Origin: Alphaproteobacteria bacterium
Lineage (GTDB): Bacteria > Pseudomonadota > Alphaproteobacteria > UBA828
DNA length: 64,000 bases
Reading direction: 5' to 3'
Assembly (NCBI GenBank): GCA_965220745.1
Contig: CBDCQT010000011.1
Location: forward strand, 576,001-640,000
In this document: piece after piece, positions 46,916-57,292 of the stretch
Numbering within the stretch: the first letter of the stretch is position 1
How the letters are laid out: the number at the start of each line of letters is the position of its first letter
Program-made: the position numbers and the translations under genes
The notes under the pieces: model-generated
What the model saw: the letters and a program-made list of their open reading frames with translations, nothing else
Databases searched by the model: none
Told to the model about the DNA's origin: nothing

Positions 46916-47858
46916 GTCCGAGGAAGCTCCCGCGACGCCGGCAGGCGCGGGACAGACTAGGGACCGCGCGGGTGGGAGTAAACCGCAGCCGCGCGCGGAA
47001 CCAGGTCTCTGGCTGGTGGCGACCCCGATCGGCAATCTGGAGGACATGTCGCCGCGCGCGCTCGCGGTGCTTGCATCCGTTGATCGTGTCGCCTGCGAGG
47101 ACACCCGCCGCACCGGGCGGCTCTTGGCGCGCCACGGCATCTCGGCACGCCTCGTCTCCTACCACGAGCATAACGCGGCGCACGTTCGCCCGGCGTTGAT
47201 CCGTACGCTTACAGGCGGCGGCTCGGTGGCTCTAGTTTCGGACGCCGGCACACCGTTGATCTCCGACCCCGGCTACAAGCTGGTTCGTACTGCGCTCGAT
47301 GTCGGCATTCGCGTGACCGGCTGCCCCGGCCCGAGCGCGCCCCTGCTCGCGCTCATCCTCTCTGGCCTGCCGACCGATCGCTTCTTCTTCGGCGGCTTCC
47401 TGCCTTCCAAGGCGGGGCCCCGGCGGGAGGCGCTCGCCACGCTCTGCTCCCTCGACGCAACGCTCGTCTTCCTCGAATCGCCCCGGCGACTGGCGGCGTC
47501 ACTCGAAGACATAGCGGCGATACTCGGCCCGCGCCCGGCGGCTGTGGCGCGCGAGCTGACCAAGCTGCACGAGGAGGTGCGGCGCGGATCGCTCGGCGAG
47601 CTGGCCGGCCATTACGCCGCCGCCGGTGCTCCCAAAGGCGAGGTCGTGATCGTCGTTGGCGGCGAGCGGGGAGACACGGCGCAACCGGCGCTCTCGGACG
47701 CGGATATCGACGCGCGCCTCGACCGTCTGCTCGTCGACGGCACCGTGCGCGACGCCGCGACAGCGCTCAGCGCCGAGACCGGACTGCCGCGTCGCGAGCT
47801 CTATACCCGTGCATTGGCACGGACACGGGCACGGGAGGAATGCGCGGTCGATCCCTAA
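46914..47858 (+). CDS. rsmI: 16S rRNA (cytidine1402-2'-O)-methyltransferase
   Basis: VATPIGNLED, CEDTR, SDAGTPLISDPG, ESPRR, RELTKLHEE. Confidence 0.95.
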   Translation: MSEEAPATPAGAGQTRDRAGGSKPQPRAEPGLWLVATPIGNLEDMSPRALAVLASVDRVACEDTRRTGRLLARHGISARLVSYHEHNAAHVRPALIRTLTGGGSVALVSDAGTPLISDPGYKLVRTALDVGIRVTGCPGPSAPLLALILSGLPTDRFFFGGFLPSKAGPRREALATLCSLDATLVFLESPRRLAASLEDIAAILGPRPAAVARELTKLHEEVRRGSLGELAGHYAAAGAPKGEVVIVVGGERGDTAQPALSDADIDARLDRLLVDGTVRDAATALSAETGLPRRELYTRALARTRAREECAVDP

Positions 47859-48232
47859 AGGACCGACGCGCGGCTTACGCGCGGGGTCTTGCGGCGGAGC
47901 GACTTTGCGCGTTGCGTCTTCGACTCACGGGCTGGCGCATCCTGGCGCGGCGCTACGTGACCCCCGCAGGCGAGCTCGACATCGTCGCGCAACGCGGCAC
48001 GTTGATCGCCTTCATTGAAGTGAAGCATCGCAAGGAGCGCGAGGGCATTCTTGAGGCCGTCACCGCGCATCAGCGGCGGCGTATCGAGAACGCCGCCACC
48101 ATTTACTTGTCGCGTCACCCGAATCGGCGCAAGCTTTCACTCCGATTCGATTTGATGGTGGTGAGCCCTTGGCGATGGCCGAGCCACCTGCCAGATGCGT
48201 GGCGTCCCGACCGCAGCGGGACAGTTATCTGA
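47840..48232 (+). CDS. yraN: YraN/UPF0102 family protein
   Basis: G..AE, GELDIVA, FIEVK, RFD. Confidence 0.9.
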   Translation: MRGRSLKDRRAAYARGLAAERLCALRLRLTGWRILARRYVTPAGELDIVAQRGTLIAFIEVKHRKEREGILEAVTAHQRRRIENAATIYLSRHPNRRKLSLRFDLMVVSPWRWPSHLPDAWRPDRSGTVI

Positions 48233-48237
48233 CACGA

Positions 48238-48861
48238 TTGACGCGGTGCCCGAGCCGGAAGGCGGGACCCGCGGTCGCGCTCGTACTCCTCTTGGCCGGC
48301 TCGCTCTCCCTCTCTGGATGTGCGGAACTTCTGATCGGTGCGGCTGCGACGACGGGCGTTGCGATCGCCGAGGAGCGCTCGGTCGGCGACGCGGTCGACG
48401 ACCTGACCATTAGGGCGGAGCTCAACCACCTCTTCTTCCGGGATGATGTCGAGCTCTTTGGGGACGTGTCGTTCAGTGTGATCGAAGGACGTGTTCTGCT
48501 CAAAGGCAGCGTGCCCACGCCCGACGATCGCATCCGTGCGCTTCGGCTCGCCTGGCAGGCCGCCGGCGTGCGCGAGGTGATCAATGAGCTTCAGGTGGCC
48601 GACGACACAGGGATCCTCGACTACGCGCGGGACACGTGGATTTCGGCGCAGCTCAAGGGAAAGCTTCTGGTGGACGGCGATGTCCTCTCCATCAACTACA
48701 GCGTGGAGACGGTCGACGGCACGGTCTACCTCCTGGGTATCGCGCAGGACGAGGCCGAGCTCGCGCGGGTCACCGAGCACGCCCGCAGCATCGAGGATGT
48801 GAAGCGCGTCGTGAGCCACGTCGTCTTGAAGGACGACCGTCACCGGCCGGTGACGCCTTGA
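48238..48861 (+). CDS. Dual-BON-domain lipoprotein (DolP/YraP-like), copy 1
   Basis: Lipobox LSGC, ERSVG..VDD, EGRVLLKG, VINEL, GTVYLLG. Start uncertain. Confidence 0.85.
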   Translation: MTRCPSRKAGPAVALVLLLAGSLSLSGCAELLIGAAATTGVAIAEERSVGDAVDDLTIRAELNHLFFRDDVELFGDVSFSVIEGRVLLKGSVPTPDDRIRALRLAWQAAGVREVINELQVADDTGILDYARDTWISAQLKGKLLVDGDVLSINYSVETVDGTVYLLGIAQDEAELARVTEHARSIEDVKRVVSHVVLKDDRHRPVTP

Positions 48862-49565
48862 TGGCCCGTGGGGCGAATGCACGCACAGGCCGCACGGGCG
48901 GTCGGAGTCTTCGCCACTGGCGCCAAGCTGGTCCGGCCGCAACTCTCGCCCTCGCGCTGGCCGCTCTGCTGAGTCTCGCCGGTTGTGCGGATGTCATCAT
49001 CGGCGCGGCCACCACGACGGGCCTCGCCATCGCCGAGGAACGCACGGTCAGCAACGCCGTCAAGGACCTGACGATTCAAGCGGAACTCAACCATCTCTTC
49101 TTCCGGGACGATCTCGACCTTTACAACGACGTCTCGATCAGCGTGATGGAGGGCCGCGTGCTGCTCAAGGGCAGCGTACCGACGCACGAGGACCGCATTC
49201 GTGCGGGTTGGGTCGCCCGGCAGGCTGCGCGCGCGGAGGAGGTGATCAACGAGCTGCAGGTGACCGGCGAGGGCGGAATTCTGGATTACGCGGAGGACAG
49301 GTGGATTTCGTTCAAGCTCCGGGCCAGGCTGCTCCTGGACCTCGATATCCTGTCGGTCAACTATGATATCGAGACCGTCAACGGTACGGTCTATCTCCTG
49401 GGAATTGCGCAGGACGAGGATGAACTGGAGCGGGTCAAGGCGCACGCCCGCAGTGTGGGCGGCGTCGAGCGCGTGGTGAGCCATGTGATCATGAAGGACG
49501 ATCCACGTCGCCCGCTGCCATCTGATGCGCGGTCAAGCTCCTCGCTGCCATTTGATGCCGGGTGA
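48861..49565 (+). CDS. Dual-BON-domain lipoprotein, copy 2
   Basis: Lipobox LAGC; collinear paralog of copy 1. Confidence 0.85.
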   Translation: MARGANARTGRTGGRSLRHWRQAGPAATLALALAALLSLAGCADVIIGAATTTGLAIAEERTVSNAVKDLTIQAELNHLFFRDDLDLYNDVSISVMEGRVLLKGSVPTHEDRIRAGWVARQAARAEEVINELQVTGEGGILDYAEDRWISFKLRARLLLDLDILSVNYDIETVNGTVYLLGIAQDEDELERVKAHARSVGGVERVVSHVIMKDDPRRPLPSDARSSSSLPFDAG

Positions 49566-50382
49566 CGCGATCGAAGGTGCGCTCCGCGCCGTCGGCACCC
49601 TCGCGGACGAAGAGATCGACTTGGCCGATGCTGCGCTGTTGCTCGGTGCCCTCGACCTGCCGCGCGCATCGCTCGAAGGCTACCGCACCCACGTCGGCCG
49701 GCTCGGCGAGGACGTGGCGGCGCTGGCCCGCGCCGGCGAGCCGCTGGAGCGCCGCCGCCGTCACCTCAACGCCGTGCTCTTCGAGGTCCACGGTTATGCC
49801 GGCGATACCGAGAGCTACGATGCGCCCGAGAACGCAAATCTGCTTCAGGTCATCGACCGCAGGATCGGTCTCCCGGTCAGCCTCGGCATTCTCTACATCC
49901 ACGCCGCGCGGGCGCAGGGCTGGGCGGTGGACGGGCTGGCCTTCCCCGGTCATTTCCTGGTGCGGATGGACGAGGGCGACCGCCGTGTGATCGTCGATCC
50001 CTTTCACCAGGGCCAGGCGCTGGAGGCCGGCCACCTGCGCGGCCTGCTCAAGCAGTTCCAGGGTGCCGATGTGGAGCTGGAGCCTGCCCACTATGCGCCG
50101 GTTGGCAACCGGGCGATCCTTCTCAGGCTTCAGAACAACATCAAATCCAGGGCGCTGCAGGCGGGCGACGGCGCCCGCGCTGCCGCGATCCTGGAACGAA
50201 TGCTGCTGATCGCGCCGGAGGCCGGCGGCCTCTGGCATGAGCTCGGCATGGTTCGGGCGCGGCTCGGCACCATCAAGGGCGCGGTCGAGGCGCTGGAGCG
50301 CAGCCTTGCCTGTCCGTTGCCCGAGGCCGCGCGGTCGCGTGTCGAGGCAGCGCTCGCGTCTCTGACGACCAGCCTGCATTGA
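49555..50382 (+). CDS. SirB1/transglutaminase-like (Transglut_core2) protein with TPR
   Basis: GYAGD...Y, VIDRRIGLPVSL, FPGHFLV, VDPF, RLQNNIK, C-terminal TPR-like helices. Confidence 0.85.
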   Translation: MPGDAIEGALRAVGTLADEEIDLADAALLLGALDLPRASLEGYRTHVGRLGEDVAALARAGEPLERRRRHLNAVLFEVHGYAGDTESYDAPENANLLQVIDRRIGLPVSLGILYIHAARAQGWAVDGLAFPGHFLVRMDEGDRRVIVDPFHQGQALEAGHLRGLLKQFQGADVELEPAHYAPVGNRAILLRLQNNIKSRALQAGDGARAAAILERMLLIAPEAGGLWHELGMVRARLGTIKGAVEALERSLACPLPEAARSRVEAALASLTTSLH

Positions 50383-50410
50383 GAGCCGAGGGACTTAGGG
50401 GGTCCATGAC

Positions 50411-51358
50411 GTGAGCCTCGCTGTGGCCATTCAGATGGACCCGATCGATTCCATCGACATCGAGGCCGACAGCACCTTCGTGCTCGCGCTGGAAGCGCAG
50501 GCCAGAGGCCATCGGCTGTATCACTACCTGCCGCAGCATCTCTCGCTGACCGCGGCCGGTGCGGTGGCGACGGTGCGTCCCCTCGAGGTACGCCGGAAGA
50601 CCGGCGATCACTTCTCCCTCGGTGCGTCTGAGAGCGTCGACCTCGCCACCATGGACGTCGTCCTGATGCGCCAGGACCCGCCCTTCGACATGGCCTACAT
50701 CACGGCCACCCATATCCTGGAACAGATTCAAGCAGAGACGCTGGTGGTCAACGACCCGGTTCATGTGCGGAACGCGCCGGAAAAACTCTTCGTCACCCGG
50801 TTCCCCGAGCTGATGCCGCCGACGCTGATCACGGCCGAGCGCGAGATGATCGTCGACTTCCGCGCCCGGCACGGCGACATCATCCTCAAGCCCCTCTTCG
50901 GCAACGGCGGCGCGGGCGTATTCCACGTCGGGCCCGAGGACGAGAACCTCAATGCCTTGATCGAGATGTTCGGCACATTCTTCCGCGAGCCGATCATCGC
51001 CCAAGCCTATCTGCCGGCGGTCCGCGACGGCGACAAGCGCATCATCCTGGTGGAGGGCGAGCCGGTGGGCGCCGTGAACCGGGTGCCGGCCGAGGGCGAG
51101 GCCCGCGCCAACATGCATGTCGGCGCCCGTCCGGACAAAACCGAGCTGAGCAGCCGCGACTGCGAGATTTGCGCCGCAATCGGGCCGGCGCTCAGGGAAC
51201 GTGGCCTGATCTTCACGGGGATCGACGTGATCGGCGGCTATCTCACCGAGATCAACGTCACCTCGCCCACGGGCATTCAGGAGATCAACCGCCTCGACGG
51301 CACCTGCCTCGAAGCCCTGATCTGGGATGCGATCGAGGTCCGGCTCGCGCGCTCGTAG
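50411..51358 (+). CDS. gshB: Glutathione synthetase
   Basis: [38 protein letters not shown]. Confidence 0.97.
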   Translation: MSLAVAIQMDPIDSIDIEADSTFVLALEAQARGHRLYHYLPQHLSLTAAGAVATVRPLEVRRKTGDHFSLGASESVDLATMDVVLMRQDPPFDMAYITATHILEQIQAETLVVNDPVHVRNAPEKLFVTRFPELMPPTLITAEREMIVDFRARHGDIILKPLFGNGGAGVFHVGPEDENLNALIEMFGTFFREPIIAQAYLPAVRDGDKRIILVEGEPVGAVNRVPAEGEARANMHVGARPDKTELSSRDCEICAAIGPALRERGLIFTGIDVIGGYLTEINVTSPTGIQEINRLDGTCLEALIWDAIEVRLARS

Positions 51359-51390
51359 ACCTGTATTCAGGCCGATACGTGGGCCTTGTT

Positions 51391-51786
51391 CTATAGGGGC
51401 TCGCGCTTGGGCGGCCCTGGATCGTCGACGTTCCAGTCTGCGCCGTGCACCGCGATCACCGTCTCGCCCGTGACGGTACCGGGATCGAGGCAGGGCACGT
51501 TGACGCTGTAGCAGTCGGGCGCCGAGCGCGGCGAGTAAAATGACTTCACGCCGCAGACCGCGCAGAAGAGGTGCTCGGCCACGCCAGTGCCGAAGCGGTA
51601 GCTGGTCAACTTGTCCGCGCCAGAGAGCAGGATGAAACGCGACTTCGGCACCACCAGATGGCGGTAGCCGGACTTCCGGCAGATCGAGCAGTCGCAGTCG
51701 TGCACTTCGATCTGGGCCGGAGCCTCGCAGGAGAAGCGCACCGCGCCGCAGTGGCAGCCGCCCGTGTGGGTGACGAGCGCGGTCAC
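51391..51786 (-). CDS. GFA (glutathione-dependent formaldehyde-activating)/CENP-V family Zn protein
   Basis: GGCHCGAVRF, CDCSIC, FCAVCG. Confidence 0.88.
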   Translation of the reverse strand: MTALVTHTGGCHCGAVRFSCEAPAQIEVHDCDCSICRKSGYRHLVVPKSRFILLSGADKLTSYRFGTGVAEHLFCAVCGVKSFYSPRSAPDCYSVNVPCLDPGTVTGETVIAVHGADWNVDDPGPPKREPL

Positions 51787-51903
51787 TGGCGGCTGTTCGT
51801 CGCGTGAATGGCGGGTGCGGCGGGCAGCACGCGCATCTCGGCCTCTTCCCCTGCGCGTCGCGCAAACGCCCGCCGTAAACTTTGGCGGGCGCGGGCCGGA
51901 GAC

Positions 51904-51978
51904 TGGAGCGGGCGATGGGATTCGAACCCACGACCCCAACCTTGGCAAGGTTGTGCTCTACCCCTGAGCTACGCCCGC
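51904..51978 (-). tRNA. tRNA-Gly(GCC)
   Basis: GCGGGCGTAGCTCAGGGGTAGAGCACAACCTTGCCAAGGTTGGGGTCGTGGGTTCGAATCCCATCGCCCGCTCCA: cloverleaf, anticodon GCC, encoded CCA. Confidence 0.98.
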
Positions 51979-52360
51979 CTGCGCCCAGCCCCGTGCGTTG
52001 CGATAGTACGCGTTCGGCGCGCCCGCACAAGCGCAATCCCGCTGACACATTTCCCACCGAAAAGGTATACGCGGCACGTGCATCGTTACTCCCCGTGCAG
52101 ATGGCGATTGACGCTGGCTTGCGGCAAGGGTAGGAGGGGCGCGGACCGAGGACGCCGCGTCGCATGCGCGTCCGGATTCGGGTCCGACGGCGGGTCATTC
52201 GTCGGCTGCCTTGCGGCCAACCCGCCGCTGAAGGAGCAATAAATCCTGCATCACGTCATTGGTCCGCGACATGCGGCTGGGAGCCACGCCGGCGCCCGTG
52301 CCGTGCTGTCGCTCGAAGACTCGCAGGGTGCGGCGAAGTCGCCGCTATGGAGGAAATTTC

Positions 52361-53809
52361 GTGGAATTGAATGAAGGATTCGCGGATCTCGGCCTGAGCG
52401 AGCCGCTGCTCGCCGCCGTTGCCGGGGCCGGCTACGAGGCGCCGACGCCGATCCAGCAGAAGGCCATCCCGCTGGTCCTGCGCGGCGTCGACTTGCTGGG
52501 CTGTGCCCAGACCGGCACGGGCAAGACCGCATCCTACGCGCTGCCGATCATCGACATCTTGAGCGCGGGCACGGGCAAGCCGCGGATGCCGCGCTGCCTG
52601 ATCCTGGCGCCGACGCGGGAGCTCGCGCAACAGATCGCGGACAACTTCGCCACCTACGGCACCAACCACAGCCTGCGCCAGGCGCTGCTCATCGGCGGCG
52701 AGGGGTTCACGCTGCAGGAAGCCGCGCTCGGCAAGGACCCCGACATTCTGATCGCCACCCCTGGTCGTCTGATCGACATGTTCGAGCGGGGCCGGATCAT
52801 GCTGGGCGGCGTCAAGGTCTTGGTGATCGACGAGGCCGATCGCATGCTCGACATGGGCTTCATCCCGGATGTCGAGCGCATCGTCCAGACGCTGCCGCGC
52901 ATCCGCCAGACTCTCATGTTCTCCGCCACGCTTGGGCCCGAGATCAAGAGACTCGGCAAGGAATTCCTGATCAATCCCAAGGAGGTGAGCGTCACGCCGC
53001 CGGCAACGGTGGCAGGCACCGTGAGCCACGCGATGATCCTGGTGGAGCCGGAGGAGAAGCGCGTTGCACTGCGTGTCCTGCTCCGCGACGAGGCGGTGCA
53101 GAGCGCGCTGATCTTCTGCAACCGCAAGAAGGACGTCGATATCGTCAGCGCCTCGCTCCAGCGCCACGGCTTCGACGCCCGCGCGCTGCACGGCGACATG
53201 GTGCAGCACCGCCGCACCGAGACGCTGGCGGCGTTCAAGGAGGGCGAGGTCAACCTCCTCGTCTGCAGCGACGTGGCGGGTCGCGGCCTCGACATCGAGG
53301 CCGTCTCTCACGTCATCAACTTCGACGTGCCCTACAATCCCGAGGACTACGTCCATCGTATCGGCCGCACCGGCCGTGCCGGCCGCGAGGGCCAGGCGAT
53401 CACGCTCGCCACTCACGAGGAAGCCGAGGCGGTGGGCGCCATCGCGGCGCTCGTCAACGCCGCGATCCCGCTCACGACGCCTGAGGGCGAGCCGGCCGAA
53501 CTCGACGCCGCCCCCCGCGAGCGCAGCCGTTCGCGCCGGGGCCGCAGGCGCCGCGAGGAGCCCCGCACAGGCGAAAAGCGGCCCGCGCGCAAGCGGACGC
53601 GCGACGCAGAAGCTGCCGAAAGCAAGCCCAAGCGGGAGAAGAGGCGAGCCGGGAGCTCCGCAGAGGCAAATGAGGGCCAGCGCGCCCGCAGGGCGACCAA
53701 GCAGAGCGCCCCCGACCGCGACGACGAGCGGGTTACGGGGCTCGGCGACCACGTGCCGGCGTTCCTCAGCGATCCCCTGCCGGCGCTCCGGCCTGGCGCG
53801 GAGCGCTAA
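52361..53809 (+). CDS. DEAD-box RNA helicase (RhlE-like)
   Basis: Q motif PTPIQ, AQTGTGKT, PTRELA, DEADRMLDMGF, SAT, HRIGRTGRAG, basic tail ending GLGDHVPAFL. Confidence 0.95.
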   Translation: MELNEGFADLGLSEPLLAAVAGAGYEAPTPIQQKAIPLVLRGVDLLGCAQTGTGKTASYALPIIDILSAGTGKPRMPRCLILAPTRELAQQIADNFATYGTNHSLRQALLIGGEGFTLQEAALGKDPDILIATPGRLIDMFERGRIMLGGVKVLVIDEADRMLDMGFIPDVERIVQTLPRIRQTLMFSATLGPEIKRLGKEFLINPKEVSVTPPATVAGTVSHAMILVEPEEKRVALRVLLRDEAVQSALIFCNRKKDVDIVSASLQRHGFDARALHGDMVQHRRTETLAAFKEGEVNLLVCSDVAGRGLDIEAVSHVINFDVPYNPEDYVHRIGRTGRAGREGQAITLATHEEAEAVGAIAALVNAAIPLTTPEGEPAELDAAPRERSRSRRGRRRREEPRTGEKRPARKRTRDAEAAESKPKREKRRAGSSAEANEGQRARRATKQSAPDRDDERVTGLGDHVPAFLSDPLPALRPGAER

Positions 53810-53924
53810 CCCAGAGTTCTCACCTTAAGTCACGGCCTGCGCATATCGCGCGAAAACGCGCGGGTTCATACCGCGCGGAATCGCGCGCGTGCCCACACCG
53901 TGCCCTGAACAGGACGCGAACCCG

Positions 53925-56573
53925 TTATCGCGACGAAGAGGCGAGGCGCTGCCACCAGCCGCGCCGCCGGGGGCGCTCACCCTCGATATCGTCCGGCGGA
54001 AGCACCGCGGTGGGCGCGTCGCCGCTGTCGTCGACCGAAGGAGCCTCGCTCCCGTCGGAGACCTCAACAGCCTCCGGGCGCGATGCGTCGTCCGATCCGT
54101 TACCACTCGCTGCGGTCGCCTGCGGGCCATCGATGGCCGCTGGCTCAGGCAAGGGCGCCGGCGCCGACGGCGCAAACACCGGTGCCGGCGGTGCCTCAAG
54201 CTCAGGCTCGGATGTGGCTGGGGCCGGCGCGCTCGCGTCGTTGGCGGGGGTGGCGGCTTCTTCGGCGGTGGGAGTTGCAGGGGCCGCCGGGGGCTCGACC
54301 TCAGCCGCAGACGCGGGTGATGCGTCTCCCTCTGCCGCGAGCGGAGGGGTCGTCTCCTCGGCTGCTGCGCCGGGAGTCTCGCGCGCCTCCTCCTGCCGCT
54401 CCTGCTGTTTTGAGGTGCGGCTGCGCCCACCTCGCCGGCCTCGACGCCGGCGCTTGGCGCGAGGAGCATCTTCGGTCTTCTCGGCCTTGTCGTCCGCTGC
54501 GGCTGCCGACTCCTCCTTCTCGTCCTCAGAGCCGCCTTCGGCTGGGGTCACCTCAGCCGGTGCGGAGGTGGCAGCCTCGGCCGGGGCTTCCTCCGCCCCC
54601 TCGCCACGCGGCTTGCGCCGGCGCCGACGGCGGCGCTTGGTCGGCTCCGCGGACTCGCCCTTGGTCTCCTGCTTGGCCTTGCTCTCGCGCTGGGGCGCCT
54701 CGTCTGCCTCTTCCTCCGCAGGCTCCTCGACCGGTGCGGGCCGGGCTGCGAGCCGCTCGATCGCGTAGCTCGGCGGCACGAGGCTGTCGTCCTGCTCGAA
54801 GCTGACGGCGAACGCGTAGCGCTGCTCGATCTCCTCCAGCATCCGGCGCTTGCGGTTGAGGATGTAGAGCCCGACGGCGGCCGGCACGCGCAGCAGGATC
54901 TCGGCGCTCCGCCCCTGCAGCCCTTCCTCCTCGATGGCTCTGAGCGCGTGGACTGCGGACGACTCCACCGAGCGTCTGACGCCGGTGCCGGCGCAGCTCG
55001 TGCAGCGCTCCATGCTGGCTTCCACCAGGCTCGGGCGCAGCCGCTGGCGCGAGAGCTCCATCAGGCCGAAGGGGCTGATCCGGCCCATGCGAATGCGCGC
55101 GCGGTCGATCTTCATCGACTCCTTGAACTTGCGTTCCACCGCCCGCTGGTTGCGGTTCTCGTCCATGTCGATGAAGTCGATGACGATCAGCCCGGCGAGG
55201 TCGCGCAGCCTGAGCTGGCGGGCGATTTCCTCCGCCGCTTCCAAGTTGGTCCTGAGCGCGGTCTCCTCGATCGTGCGCTCCTTGGTGGCCCGTCCCGAGT
55301 TGACGTCGATCGCCACCAGCGCCTCGGTCGGGTTGATGACCAGGTAGCCGCCCGACTTGAGCTGGAGCTCAGGGCCATACATGGAATCGAGTTGGCTCTC
55401 GATCTGATAGCGGACGAAGAGGGGAATTCGGTCCCGATAGGGTTTCACGCGAGAGGCGTGGCTCGGGATCATGGTCTTCATGAACGTCTTTGCGGTCTTG
55501 TAGCCCTCGTCCCCCTCGATCAGGATCTGCTCGATGTCGCGCGTGTAGAGGTCGCGGATCGAGCGGCGGATGAGGTTGGCCTCCTCGTTGATGACGCAGG
55601 GCGCCATCGATTCCATCGTGAGGTCGCGGATGTTCTGCCAGCGGCGCAGCAGGTATTCCAGGTCGCGCCTGATCTCCGTCTTCGAGCGCGAAAGCCCGGC
55701 GGTCCGCACGATGACCGCCATGCGCGCCGGGATATCGAGATCGGCCATGATTTTCTTGAGGCGACGCCGGTCGTCGGCGTTGACGATCTTGCGCGAGATG
55801 CCTCCGCCCCGGATCGCATTGGGCATGAGCACGATGTAGCGTCCGGCGAGCGAGAGATAGGTGGTGAGCGCCGCGCCCTTGTTGCCGCGTTCCTCCTTGA
55901 CCACCTGCACCAGCAGGATCTGGCGCTTCTTGATGACCTCCTGAATGCGGTAGCGGCGGCTGAGCAGCGAGCGGCTGGCCTGAAGGCGCCGCCGCTCCAG
56001 GTCGTCCAGCTCGTCCCCGCCCATGACCTCGACATCGCCGTTGGCACTGGCATCGCCGTTGGCCCCGCCATTGCCGTCGTCGGCGCCGTTGGCCTGGGCG
56101 GTCCCGTCATCGCTGCTGCCGTCACCGTCGGCGGCGGCCACCTCCGTATTCTCGGGGGCGTCCGCCGGCTCGGGCTGAGCATCGCCCTCGGGCGACGCCT
56201 CGCCTTCGGCCGCGGCCTCGCCGTCGGCACCGTTCTCGGCCGCTGCGGCCGGCGAGGCGGCGGCGGGCTCTTCGGCGTCATCGACGGCATCCGCCGTCTC
56301 GGCATAGAGCGCCTCCCGGTCCGCGACCGGGATCTGGTAGTAGTCGGGGTGGATTTCGTTGAAGGGCAGGAAGCCGTGGCGATTGCCGCCGTAGTCGACA
56401 AATGCCGCCTGGAGCGAGGGCTCCACGCGCATGACCTTGGCGAGATAGACGTTTCCCTTGAGCTGCTTCCTGGCAGCCGATTCGAAGTCGAATTCCTCTA
56501 GGCGTGTTCCGTCCGCCACCACCACGCGGGTCTCTTCCGCATGGCTGGCGTCGATGAGCATTCGTTTGGCCAT
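53925..56573 (-). CDS. rne: Ribonuclease E
   Basis: MLIDA..EETRV, S1 domain (GNVYLAKV.RVEPSLQAAF), DVNSG, DFIDM, C..C.G.G Zn link, disordered C-terminal domain ending GWWQR. Confidence 0.96.
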   Translation of the reverse strand: MAKRMLIDASHAEETRVVVADGTRLEEFDFESAARKQLKGNVYLAKVMRVEPSLQAAFVDYGGNRHGFLPFNEIHPDYYQIPVADREALYAETADAVDDAEEPAAASPAAAAENGADGEAAAEGEASPEGDAQPEPADAPENTEVAAADGDGSSDDGTAQANGADDGNGGANGDASANGDVEVMGGDELDDLERRRLQASRSLLSRRYRIQEVIKKRQILLVQVVKEERGNKGAALTTYLSLAGRYIVLMPNAIRGGGISRKIVNADDRRRLKKIMADLDIPARMAVIVRTAGLSRSKTEIRRDLEYLLRRWQNIRDLTMESMAPCVINEEANLIRRSIRDLYTRDIEQILIEGDEGYKTAKTFMKTMIPSHASRVKPYRDRIPLFVRYQIESQLDSMYGPELQLKSGGYLVINPTEALVAIDVNSGRATKERTIEETALRTNLEAAEEIARQLRLRDLAGLIVIDFIDMDENRNQRAVERKFKESMKIDRARIRMGRISPFGLMELSRQRLRPSLVEASMERCTSCAGTGVRRSVESSAVHALRAIEEEGLQGRSAEILLRVPAAVGLYILNRKRRMLEEIEQRYAFAVSFEQDDSLVPPSYAIERLAARPAPVEEPAEEEADEAPQRESKAKQETKGESAEPTKRRRRRRRKPRGEGAEEAPAEAATSAPAEVTPAEGGSEDEKEESAAAADDKAEKTEDAPRAKRRRRGRRGGRSRTSKQQERQEEARETPGAAAEETTPPLAAEGDASPASAAEVEPPAAPATPTAEEAATPANDASAPAPATSEPELEAPPAPVFAPSAPAPLPEPAAIDGPQATAASGNGSDDASRPEAVEVSDGSEAPSVDDSGDAPTAVLPPDDIEGERPRRRGWWQRLASSSR

Positions 56574-56976
56574 TGTTGTGTTTTCTCCGTCCGGGAGCGC
56601 GCGGGGGCCTCAGCCTCCCGTAAGCGCGTCCGCGGGAACGCGATCCGGCGCCGCGCCGAAAGGGGGCCGCCGGCCGGCGCGCGGCGGTCTCGTCTTGCGA
56701 CGGACCGCATCACGGCGGGGTCGGTCGGCTCGATGGTAGGCGGCTGCCGCATCGGACTCGTTCCGTGGTTTCGAGGTGTAGACTCACCGGACGCACCCGC
56801 TGCCCCCGGCTTCTTGCCGGGAAGCCACCGCCCCCGCCATCGTCTTGCGTGCGGTGCGGCGTGGCTCGTCCATCGGTCGTTTCGCACCCTTATGATAGTG
56901 CCGCGGGCCGCTAAAAACAATGCGCTTGCCAATTTAGGGCAGCATACGTGCCGCAAAGGCGGCTGCCCGATCACCG

Positions 56977-57270
56977 TCAGGCAGCGACGAACCGGCGCAC
57001 GGCGACCTCTTCCCGGTTCTGCTGTGCGTGCCAAAGATCGTATTGCATCTGCTGCTGCAGCCAGCTCTCCGGACTGCCGCCGAATGCCTGCGACAGGCGG
57101 ATGGCCATTTCGGGCGAAATCCCGATCCGACCGTTGAGCAGCATGGACAGCGTGTTGCGCGATACCGCGAGCCCCTTCGCGGCTTCGGTCACGGTCAACC
57201 CGAGCGGTTCGAGGCACTGACGCCTGATGAACGCCCCGGGGTGGGGTGGGTTGTGCATGAGTGCCTGCAT
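56977..57270 (-). CDS. higA: HigA family antitoxin (HTH-XRE), no cognate toxin adjacent
   Basis: [42 protein letters not shown]. Start 57270 or 57258. Confidence 0.9.
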   Translation of the reverse strand: MQALMHNPPHPGAFIRRQCLEPLGLTVTEAAKGLAVSRNTLSMLLNGRIGISPEMAIRLSQAFGGSPESWLQQQMQYDLWHAQQNREEVAVRRFVAA

Positions 57271-57292
57271 TTGAAGTATCGAGGCTCGTTAG

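Noticed and set aside
51391-51903. Possible island integrated at the tRNA-Gly 3' end
   Set aside because: Only a GFA gene lies there, next to the functionally related gshB. No integrase or duplicated tRNA end was seen.
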